This document shows positions 31,311-39,265 of a stretch of 64,000 nucleotides of DNA, piece after piece. Below the pieces are notes generated by a model that saw only the letters and a program-made list of their open reading frames with translations, was not told the DNA's origin and ran no database searches. Positions within the stretch are counted from its first letter, which is position 1. Each line of letters opens with the position of its first letter. Source of the DNA: an uncultured delta proteobacterium (lineage in GTDB: Bacteria; Myxococcota; Myxococcia; Myxococcales; Myxococcaceae); the NCBI GenBank assembly GCA_963776345.1, contig CAVZMH010000016.1:480001-544000 (forward strand), written 5' to 3'. Both the position numbers and the translations under genes were made by a program.

Positions 31311-33071
31311 TTGACTGCCGCACCGGACGCCGCTCCCGCCATCGATCCGCTCTCCGACCCGGAGAACCGGCAGCGGCTCGAGCTGGCGAAGGCCTTTGCC
31401 TTCCAGCTGCTGAAGGGGATCAAGCAGATCGGCATGTACCGGCACAACGAGGCCCGGTACACCGAGTACCTGGACAAGGCGCACGAGGCGGTCAAGCAGT
31501 ACACCGAGCGTTACGGGCCGCTGGTCTTCAAGGTCGAGCAGCAGAACTTCACGCTGTTCGAGCAGCCGCTCTTCGGCGAGGACACCACCCTCCCCTTCAA
31601 GTTCTGGCGCGACGGGATCCGCCAGTTCATCTTCCGGCCGGGTCTACGGCCCGACGAGCTGCTCACCTTCACCCTGGTCGCCCTGAGTGACGTGGAGAAG
31701 CAGGGCGAGGACACCGTGGCCCAGCTCTGGCGCTCGCCGCTGGACCACCTCGAGTACGTGGTGGTGGAGGGCTTCAAGGTCGACGGCTTCGACGACGAGG
31801 AGGTGCAGATCTCCGTCGACCGGATCGTCGACTACCTCTATTCGCGGCTGCGCAGCCACTCGGACGACTTCCTCCGCTTCGCCCGGGTGAGCGCCGAGGA
31901 CCTCGAGCTCAAGCTGGAGGGCGTGGACCAGGTCCGGGGCGCGGTCGTCGCCGGGACGACGGCGAGCGACGAGCTGAAGGCCCGGCTGCAGAAGGAGATC
32001 GCCGAGGAGGAGCAGAGCCGCCTCTTCCCCAAGCTGGTCTCGTCCATCTTCCAGGTGGCGGAGGCCGGGGTGGACGACCCCGAGCTCCTCGAGGACATGT
32101 TCCTCCAGCTGCTCGACGCGCTGCTGCTACAGGAGGACTTCGCGATCATCAACCAGATCGTCCTCAAGCTCCGGGCGATGGAGGACCGACCGGGGATGAG
32201 CGGCATCCGCCAGCTCAAGGACACCTTCGTGGCGAAGATGGGGGACGAGCAGCGGCTGGTCCGGGTGGCGGACGTGCTCCGGACGGCGCGGCCGACGCTC
32301 CTCCAGGACATCGGCCGCTATCTCGCCTCGCTCCAGCCCACGACGCTCCCCATCCTCCTGGGCGTGCTGGAGACGCTGGACGCGCCGGAGCACCGGCTGG
32401 TGCTCTGCGACGTGATCGCCGAGTTCTGCAAGGTGAACCCGGCCGAGGTCATCCAGCGGCTGTCCTCCGAGCGGCCGATGACGGTGCGGGACATGGTCTA
32501 CGTCCTGGAGCGCGCCCAGCTTCCCGACCGGATGCAGCTCTTCGGTCGGGTGCTGAAGCACAAGAACCTCGCCGTGCGGCTGGACGTGATGGGGACCATC
32601 GCTCGCGGGCGGAGCGTCGAGTCCCGCCGGCTGATCGCCGGGGCGCTGAGGGACGAGAACGCCCAGGTCCGGGTCCAGGCCGCGCGCCTACTCCCGGAGT
32701 ACGACCGCGAGCAGGCCTACCTGAACCTGATCGCGGTGGTGAAGCACAAGGACTTCAAGCACCGGAGCGCCGAGGAGCAGGCGGCGTTCTACACCGCGCT
32801 GGGGAGCACCGGGCTCCCGGCCGCGTTCTCGCTGATGACCCAGCTGCTGGCGGAGAAGCCGCAGCTGTGGAACCGGTCGCGGGTGGTGGAGGACAAGCTG
32901 CTCGCGGTGCACGGCCTGGCGGGGGTGCAGTCGATCCAGTCGTACAAGGCGTTGCAGGCGGTGGCCGAGGATCGCACCCAGCCGTCCGAGGTGCTGGTGG
33001 CGGCGCGGCGCGCGCTGGCCGAGACGCGGCGGAAGCTCTTCGGAGACGCCGCTCCGCCGGAGGCGAGCTGA
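31311..33071 (+). CDS. HEAT-repeat protein with conserved N-terminal alpha/beta domain
   Basis: HEAT-like units (LKHKNLAVRLDVM, LRDENAQVRVQAARLL). Confidence 0.85.
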   Translation: MTAAPDAAPAIDPLSDPENRQRLELAKAFAFQLLKGIKQIGMYRHNEARYTEYLDKAHEAVKQYTERYGPLVFKVEQQNFTLFEQPLFGEDTTLPFKFWRDGIRQFIFRPGLRPDELLTFTLVALSDVEKQGEDTVAQLWRSPLDHLEYVVVEGFKVDGFDDEEVQISVDRIVDYLYSRLRSHSDDFLRFARVSAEDLELKLEGVDQVRGAVVAGTTASDELKARLQKEIAEEEQSRLFPKLVSSIFQVAEAGVDDPELLEDMFLQLLDALLLQEDFAIINQIVLKLRAMEDRPGMSGIRQLKDTFVAKMGDEQRLVRVADVLRTARPTLLQDIGRYLASLQPTTLPILLGVLETLDAPEHRLVLCDVIAEFCKVNPAEVIQRLSSERPMTVRDMVYVLERAQLPDRMQLFGRVLKHKNLAVRLDVMGTIARGRSVESRRLIAGALRDENAQVRVQAARLLPEYDREQAYLNLIAVVKHKDFKHRSAEEQAAFYTALGSTGLPAAFSLMTQLLAEKPQLWNRSRVVEDKLLAVHGLAGVQSIQSYKALQAVAEDRTQPSEVLVAARRALAETRRKLFGDAAPPEAS

Positions 33072-34381
33072 TGGCCGACAACCTCCGGATCAGCGGCACG
33101 GCCGAGGAGGGGCTCCTGGAGTTCGGCCGGGACCACTCCGAGAAGCTTCAGCAGCTGTCGCGCTCGGTGCTCTCCACGCTCTACATGCTGGTGCGCTCGG
33201 CCAAGATGTACGACCCGGACAACGCGGTGTTCGAGCGCCCGCTGATGTCGCTGCAGGACAACCTGAATCTCATCATCTCCCGCGAGGGGCGCTTCGACCT
33301 GGTGGGGATCAAGAGCTCCTTCTACGTCAACAACATGCTGGTCAAGGTCGAGCTGAACGCGGTGGAGAACATCCGCTACCTGCTCGAGGAGATGCGGGCC
33401 AAGGACGTGGGAGGCTTCACCCTGATCAAGCCGGTGCAGACCGCCGAGCTGAAGAACTTCGTCTGGATCTTCGCCAAGGAGACCACCGAGACCCCGGAGG
33501 ACGACGGGCTCAGCGGGCGCAAGCTCCTGGCGATCAGGATCTCCCGGTGGAGCAAGCTGCGGGAGAAGCTGGAGAAGGAGAAGCTCGACGACGAGGAGAA
33601 GGTCGACCGCAAGAAGTACGCGATCATCCTCTACGCCCGCGGGGTGTTCTTCATCTCCAGATACCTGGACTCGGTGCGCAAGGGTACGCCGATGGCCGCC
33701 GCGCGGGCGCTGCGCATCGTCCAGGACCTGGTCGACATCTGCTACGACCAGAAGGTGCACTTCCTGGGCATGACCACCATGCGCCAGGAGTCCGAATACC
33801 TGGTCTTCCACCAGGTGAACACCTGCCTGCTGTCGATCGTGTTCGGGGTGGAGCTGGGGCTGACCAAGGCGCAGCTCCGCGACCTCGGCTTCATCGCCCT
33901 CTTCCACGACGCGGGGATGGCGACGATCCCCGACGAGCTGGCCGGGAAGCGCGGCGGGCTGACGCCCGAGGAGCGGACCCTCATCGCCCGGGCGCCGCTG
34001 ATCTCGGTGCGGAACGTGCTGTTGGAGAAGGGCTTCACCCGGACCACGCTGCACCGGGTGGTGACCACGCTGGAGTACAAGAGCGACTTCGGCACCGCGG
34101 TACGCGACGCCCGGGGCAACATCCAGATGATCATCCCCAAATCGTCGCTGGGGCTCTACGCGAAGATCATCGCCATCACCGCCGGCTTCGACGCGCTGAC
34201 CAGCAAGCGGCCCTTTCGGGACGCCTACGGCCCCGAGGTGGCGATGATGCTGATGTGGAGCGAGCTCCGGCACAAGTTCGACCCCGAGCTCCTCAAGGTG
34301 TTCATGCGGGTGCTGGCCATCCCGCCGGTGAAGGTGCTCTCGCGGCGGCAGCAGGGAGCGCTCTCGGTGACCGGGCTCTGA
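33071..34381 (+). CDS. Degenerate HD-GYP-like domain protein
   Basis: HQVN, LFHDAG and FDALTSKRPFR are present. HHE and GYP motifs are absent. TGATG overlap with the upstream gene. Confidence 0.85.
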   Translation: MADNLRISGTAEEGLLEFGRDHSEKLQQLSRSVLSTLYMLVRSAKMYDPDNAVFERPLMSLQDNLNLIISREGRFDLVGIKSSFYVNNMLVKVELNAVENIRYLLEEMRAKDVGGFTLIKPVQTAELKNFVWIFAKETTETPEDDGLSGRKLLAIRISRWSKLREKLEKEKLDDEEKVDRKKYAIILYARGVFFISRYLDSVRKGTPMAAARALRIVQDLVDICYDQKVHFLGMTTMRQESEYLVFHQVNTCLLSIVFGVELGLTKAQLRDLGFIALFHDAGMATIPDELAGKRGGLTPEERTLIARAPLISVRNVLLEKGFTRTTLHRVVTTLEYKSDFGTAVRDARGNIQMIIPKSSLGLYAKIIAITAGFDALTSKRPFRDAYGPEVAMMLMWSELRHKFDPELLKVFMRVLAIPPVKVLSRRQQGALSVTGL

Positions 34382-34420
34382 GCCCCGGGCCGCGAGCAGC
34401 GCACCGCAGCGGTCGAGCCT

Positions 34421-35392
34421 TCACGGCTTCGACAGCGCCTTGCTCGCCTCGCTGAGATCCGCGGGAACCGGCGCCTCGCAACGGACGGGCCGCCCGGTCC
34501 GCGGATGGGGGAACACCAGCCTCCAGGCGTGGAGCCCCTGCCGCCCGAGGCGTGTCTGGACGGCCTTCACCCGCGCGTCGCCCTTGCGTGTCCCGCCGTA
34601 GAGGGCATCCCCGAGCAGCGGGTGTCCGAGCTCGGAGAGGTGGACGCGGATCTGGTGCGTGCGACCGGTCTCCAGCCCGACCTCGAGCAGCGCGGCGCCA
34701 TGGAGCACGGTGCGCACGCGCCAGGTGGTGACCGCGGGCTTCCCGGTCCTCGCGCGGCCGGTGAAGCGCTTTCGATCTCTCGGGTGGCGGCCGTGGAGCG
34801 TCTCCAGCCGTCCCGTCGCGGGCGGATGGCCGTGCACCAGCGCGAGGTAGGTCTTCTCCACCGTGCGCGCCTGGAACGCCCGCTGGAGCGCCTGGAGCGC
34901 GGCGTCGTTCTTGGCGACGACGAGGCAGCCCGAGGTCTCCTTGTCCAGGCGGTGGACGATGCCGGGTCGAAGGACTCCGCCCACGCCCGAGAGCCCCGAG
35001 ACGTGGTGCAGGAGCGCGTTGACCAGGGTGCCTCGGGCGTGGCCGGCGGAGGGATGAACGACGAGCCCCGCGGGCTTGTCGAGGACGAGGAGGTCCCGGT
35101 CCTCGTGGAGGATGGTGAGGGGAAGGTCCTCGGGCTCGGGAACGGCCGGCTCGGGAGGCGGGACCGAGACCTCCAGGGTCTCGCCGCCCTTGAGCCGGAG
35201 CGCGGCGCGGCCCGGCCGCCCGTCGACCAGAACCCGTCCCGCGTCGAGGAGCGCCTGTACCCGCGACCGGCTGAGCTCGCGGAGGCTCGAGGCGACGGCC
35301 CGGTCGAGGCGCTCGCCCCGGAGCGCCGGCCCGGCGGTAAAGCGATGGACCTGCCCGGTGCCTGTCTCGCGCCGCTGTGGCTCGGTGCTCAC
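34421..35392 (-). CDS. rluD: RluA-family 23S rRNA pseudouridine synthase with S4 domain
   Basis: RLDRAVA..SRSRVQ, KPAGLVVHP, VHRLDKETSG and TGRTHQIRVH. Start re-chosen at GTG 35392. Confidence 0.9.
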   Translation of the reverse strand: MSTEPQRRETGTGQVHRFTAGPALRGERLDRAVASSLRELSRSRVQALLDAGRVLVDGRPGRAALRLKGGETLEVSVPPPEPAVPEPEDLPLTILHEDRDLLVLDKPAGLVVHPSAGHARGTLVNALLHHVSGLSGVGGVLRPGIVHRLDKETSGCLVVAKNDAALQALQRAFQARTVEKTYLALVHGHPPATGRLETLHGRHPRDRKRFTGRARTGKPAVTTWRVRTVLHGAALLEVGLETGRTHQIRVHLSELGHPLLGDALYGGTRKGDARVKAVQTRLGRQGLHAWRLVFPHPRTGRPVRCEAPVPADLSEASKALSKP

Positions 35393-35448
35393 GGGTCGTG
35401 CCCGAGTGTACGCGCCAACGCACGGCCCAGCGCGGCCGAGGAGCGACG

Positions 35449-35713
35449 TCACCAGAATCTTGGACCGCACATGCGCCTTGCCGCGCACGATGATGTCCAC
35501 CACCGCCCGGTCGAAGAAGTTGGTGGTGGTGTAGACCTCCTGGCTCACCCGGCTCCGGTAGAGGTCCCGCCCCTCGCCGAGCTCCTCCTTGAGCACGTCG
35601 AAGAGGTTGTCCTGCTCGATGCCCTTGATGATCTTCTGCTCGTTGTAGAGCGAGATGTCGGAGGCGATGGCCCGGGCCAGCCGCAGCGCCTTGGTCCGCT
35701 CTTCGTCGGTCAT
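35449..35713 (-). CDS. Small conserved helical protein (RLARAIASDISLYN family), with apparent 1-nt insertion just before its stop
   Basis: Lys/Glu-rich coding-like N-terminal part of the 34421..35713 ORF. AAG ATT C TGG TGA would read K-I-W-stop if one base were removed. Confidence 0.7.
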
Positions 35714-35732
35714 CGGTCGGTCCTCTCGGGGC

Positions 35733-36839
35733 TCACGGCGCCCGCGCGTGCGCGCGCTGGGCAGTGAGGAGATAGGTCTTGCTCACCCGCGCCGGATCCA
35801 GCCGGAGCTCGCGGGCCAGGTTCACCAGGATGCCCCGAAGGTACACCGTCGCGGGCAGCCGGTCGTAACGATCGGCCTCCACGTTCTCCAGGTGGATGCG
35901 GGTGATGCGGGTCCGCTCCGCGACCTGCTGGAGCGACAGTCCGTAGGACTCGCGCACCCGACGGAGCATCTCGCCGTTGAACTCGACATCCGGGGGGATG
36001 TCCAGGCGAAGCCGGCTCTCGCGGGACCGGCCCGGGAGCTCGGGTGGACGCTCCGGCGGCGAAGGCGGCTCCGCGTCGGCGGCCGGCGGAGGCGCCCCGG
36101 GCTTGATCCGGAGGCCCAGCGGGGGGGGCAGCCCGGAGGGCGCAGGGTCCGGGCTCGCCACGCTCCCCTCGGGGAGGGTCTCCGCCGCGCGGGGCGCCTC
36201 GGCCTCGACGGCGGCCGGCGCCGCGACGGACTCTCGCTCCGGCTCGGGCGACGGCCTGGCGGCCGGCTGCTCGGTCGGGACGGCCGCAGCCCAGTCGGCG
36301 CTGAGCAGGGGCGCAGGTGCCGCGGACCCGGCGGGCGAGCTCTCCTGGTCGAGCTCCTGGGGCAGAGCCGGCCCGGCGCTCTCCGCCCCTCGCCCGAACG
36401 GCCCGGGCGTCTCGGAGAGCCCGAGCGCGAGCGCCTGCTGTCGCTGCTCGGGCTCCTCCTCCTCCTCCTCCTCCTCGTCCGACCCGGCCTCGAGCTCCAG
36501 CTCCGTCCTCGCGCGGTGCGGACCGGCCTCCAGGGGAGGGAGCGCCTCCTCCTCCTCCTCCTCCTCCTCCTCCTCGTCCCAGAGCGTCGCCGGTCCGAGG
36601 CGTCCGATGGACCGGTCGTAGCTGGCCTTGCGCGCCGGGTCGAGCAGCACCGCGGCGGCCTCGTCCAGCTTCGCCCGGAGGCCCTGCAGCTGGCCCTCGT
36701 CCACCAGCGCGTAGACGGCGAGCGACTCCTGACCGTAGGTCTCGCGCGCCCGCTCCACCGCCGCCCGCAGCTCGTCGAGAGAGGAGGCGGGATCGACCTC
36801 GAGCACGTCGTAGAGGGTGGGCTCCTCGGTCGCGGTCAT
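35733..36839 (-). CDS. Pseudo-J-domain + acidic/Pro linker + C-terminal XRE/RodZ-type HTH protein
   Basis: LYDVLEV...EAAAVLLDPARKASYD without HPD. GEMLRRVRESYGLSLQQVAERTRI...LENVEADRYDRLP. Confidence 0.85.
   Translation of the reverse strand: MTATEEPTLYDVLEVDPASSLDELRAAVERARETYGQESLAVYALVDEGQLQGLRAKLDEAAAVLLDPARKASYDRSIGRLGPATLWDEEEEEEEEEEALPPLEAGPHRARTELELEAGSDEEEEEEEEPEQRQQALALGLSETPGPFGRGAESAGPALPQELDQESSPAGSAAPAPLLSADWAAAVPTEQPAARPSPEPERESVAAPAAVEAEAPRAAETLPEGSVASPDPAPSGLPPPLGLRIKPGAPPPAADAEPPSPPERPPELPGRSRESRLRLDIPPDVEFNGEMLRRVRESYGLSLQQVAERTRITRIHLENVEADRYDRLPATVYLRGILVNLARELRLDPARVSKTYLLTAQRAHARAP
36453..36575 (-). repeat. Two pure GAG trinucleotide tracts (10x and 8x) encoding poly-Glu
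   Basis: (CTC)8 at 36453-36476 and (CTC)10 at 36546-36575 on the + strand. Confidence 0.95.
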
Positions 36840-37828
36840 CGGCCCGCCGACCTCGGGCGATCGAGCGCAGCGAGCGCCTCGGCGACGGCCACCAGATTCG
36901 AGGCGGCGGCCGATCCCGCCGCGTCCAACAGGAGCGGCCGGCGCTTCCGCACGGTCTGCCAGGCGGCATCGTCGTAGGCGATCGCGCCGAGGTAGTCCAT
37001 GTCCAGCCCGAAGAACTTCTTCCACGCCGCCACCACCGCGCGGCCCACGCTCTGGTCCGCCGCCGATCGCACCTGGTTGACCACCAGCTTGACCCGGAAC
37101 TCGCGCAGCGAGCGCTCGAGCTGGGCGGCCGCGTCCGGATGGGTGCCGGCCACGGTCTTCACCACCTCCGCCGGCGTCCGCATCGCGCTGCCCTGGCTCC
37201 CCAGCGCCGCCTCGGCCAGGTGCGCGACCCCCAGCGCCTGCGCGGTCTGCTGCAGCCGCCGGAACAGCGCCGCCTTCAGGAAGCGGTAGGCGTTCTCCAC
37301 CGACGTCGGCTCGGGCAAGAGGACCAGCACGCCGTGGTCGGCCAGGAGGAAGAAGTCGATGGTGTGAAGCGAGGTACCGGCGCCGAGGTCCAGCACCAGG
37401 TAGTCGGTGTCCAGCGTCTGGAGCTGCTCGACCAGCCGTGCCCGCGCCTGCGCCCGGGGGTTCGCCGCGTCGAGCGCGTCCAGCGCGCCCGAGACGAGGC
37501 TCAGGTTCTCGATCCCGGTGGGCGCGGCCAGCGTGTCGATGCGCGTGCCCCGGGTCACGACGTCGGAGAGGGTGCCCTGCGGCTGGGTGATGCCCAGGCA
37601 GGTGTGGAGGTTGGCCCCGCCGAGGTCGACGTCCACCAGCGTCACCCGGTGCCCCGAGCGAGCGAGCGCGATGCCGAGGTTGGCCGAGACCAGCGACTTC
37701 CCGATGCCGCCCTTGCCGCCGCCCACGGCCACGATCCGCCGCGCGCGACGGCCCGCGTGCGCGTCCTCGGCGCGTGGCCGCGACCGGCCCGTCAGCTCCA
37801 CCACGTTGTTGAGGCCGTAGCGCTTCAC
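36836..37828 (-). CDS. MinD/FleN(FlhG)-like P-loop ATPase
   Basis: Deviant Walker A GGKGGIGKS, VDVDLGGANL, LDLGAG, PEPTS.ENAY and VVNQ. Confidence 0.92.
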   Translation of the reverse strand: MKRYGLNNVVELTGRSRPRAEDAHAGRRARRIVAVGGGKGGIGKSLVSANLGIALARSGHRVTLVDVDLGGANLHTCLGITQPQGTLSDVVTRGTRIDTLAAPTGIENLSLVSGALDALDAANPRAQARARLVEQLQTLDTDYLVLDLGAGTSLHTIDFFLLADHGVLVLLPEPTSVENAYRFLKAALFRRLQQTAQALGVAHLAEAALGSQGSAMRTPAEVVKTVAGTHPDAAAQLERSLREFRVKLVVNQVRSAADQSVGRAVVAAWKKFFGLDMDYLGAIAYDDAAWQTVRKRRPLLLDAAGSAAASNLVAVAEALAALDRPRSAGR

Positions 37829-37873
37829 GTTCGGCGACGTCGCCCGGGGGCGGATTCTAGTGGACGGTGCGGC

Positions 37874-39265
37874 CTACACGCCAGGAAGTGGCTCGCGGGC
37901 CGCGGCCACTGCCGCCGAGAGCCGGCCGAGGTCCGCGTCCTCGATGCACCGGACGTCCAGCACCAGACGTCCGTCCTCGATGCGTCCGAGCACCGACGGC
38001 TCTCCGGTGCGCAGCCGGGCGGCCAGCGTCTCGGCGTCCCCCTCGAGCACGCAGGCCCAGGACGGCGGACGGGCCAGGGGGAGTGTGCCTCCACCTACCT
38101 GTCCCTCCACGTGCACCACCCGGGCGGTCACCCCGGCGTCGGCCAAGAGCCCGCGGAGCGCGTCCGCCCGGTCCCGCAGCACCGGCTCCGGGGCGAGCGC
38201 CAGCGCCCGTGCCGGGACCTCGTCTCCCCGGCCGTCCTGGTACATCTTGAGCGTCGCCTCGAGCGCGGCCACGGTGAGCTTGTCCACCCGGAGCGCCCGC
38301 GCGAGCGGGTGGGCCCGGAGCCGGGACAGCCAGAACGCCCGGCCGACGACGATGCCCGCCTGCGGCCCGCCGAGGAGCTTGTCGCCCGAGAAGCACACCA
38401 AATCTGCGCCGGCCTCGACGTGGCTCCGCATGGTGGGCTCGGAGGCGGCCCCGGGGACGTCGAGCGGCGCCAGCAGCCCGCTGCCCGCATCGACGAACAG
38501 GGGCACGCCCCGAGGCTGGCACAGCCGGGCCAGCTCCTCCACCGAGGCCTCCTCGGTGAAGCCCACCAGCGCGAAGTTCGAGCGGTGCACCTTGGCGACC
38601 AGCGCGGTGGCCGGCGACAGCGCCCGCTCGTAGTCGGCGCGCCGGGTGCGGTTGGTGGTCCCGACCTCGACCAGCGTCGCGTGCGACTGCCGCATCACGT
38701 CGGGGACGCGGAACCCGCCGCCGATCTCCACCAGCTCCCCGCGCGAGATCACCACCTCGCGGCCCTCGGCGAGCGCGGTGAGCACCAGCAGCGTGGCCGC
38801 CGCGCAGTTGTTCACCACCATGGCGTCCTCCGCCCCGGTCAGCGCCCGGAGCGGCCCGAGCAGCGGGGCGAACCGCGTGCCGCGCTCGCCGGTTTCCAGG
38901 TCCAGCTCGAGATTGGAGTACCCGCGGGCCACCGCCTCCGCCCGGGCCAGCGCCGCGGGCGCGAGCGGCGCCCGGCCGAGGTTGGTGTGCAGCACCACCC
39001 CGGTGGCGTTGAGCACCGGCCGCAACCCCGGGGTGTCGAGGGCCACCAGCACCGGCCCGAGCGCGTCGGAGGAGAAGCTGGCCGGCTCCCCCTCGAGGAT
39101 GCGGTCCCGCAGCACCCCCAGGAGCCGGCGGATGGCCTCGACGACGCGAGGACGGGGGTGGATCTGCAGCGCGACCCGGCCCGCCTCGGACACCAGCACC
39201 GACTCGACCGAGGGCAGCGCCCGGAGCCGCTCCCGGGTGGCCGCCGACAGCGCGCCCTCGCTCAT
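37874..39265 (-). CDS. selA: L-seryl-tRNA(Sec) selenium transferase
   Basis: NATGVVLHTNLGRAP, SRGELVEIGGGFR, EVGTTNRT and FSGDKLLGGPQAG. Confidence 0.96.
   Translation of the reverse strand: MSEGALSAATRERLRALPSVESVLVSEAGRVALQIHPRPRVVEAIRRLLGVLRDRILEGEPASFSSDALGPVLVALDTPGLRPVLNATGVVLHTNLGRAPLAPAALARAEAVARGYSNLELDLETGERGTRFAPLLGPLRALTGAEDAMVVNNCAAATLLVLTALAEGREVVISRGELVEIGGGFRVPDVMRQSHATLVEVGTTNRTRRADYERALSPATALVAKVHRSNFALVGFTEEASVEELARLCQPRGVPLFVDAGSGLLAPLDVPGAASEPTMRSHVEAGADLVCFSGDKLLGGPQAGIVVGRAFWLSRLRAHPLARALRVDKLTVAALEATLKMYQDGRGDEVPARALALAPEPVLRDRADALRGLLADAGVTARVVHVEGQVGGGTLPLARPPSWACVLEGDAETLAARLRTGEPSVLGRIEDGRLVLDVRCIEDADLGRLSAAVAAAREPLPGV

Noticed and set aside
34421..35713. 430-aa ORF as a genuine novel RluD fusion
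   Set aside because: Better explained by a single extra base before a K-I-W-stop terminus. Kept only as a frameshift finding.
36836..37828. Flagellar FlhG or division MinD assignment
   Set aside because: No flhF/fliA or minC/minE context in the window, so only a family-level call is supportable.
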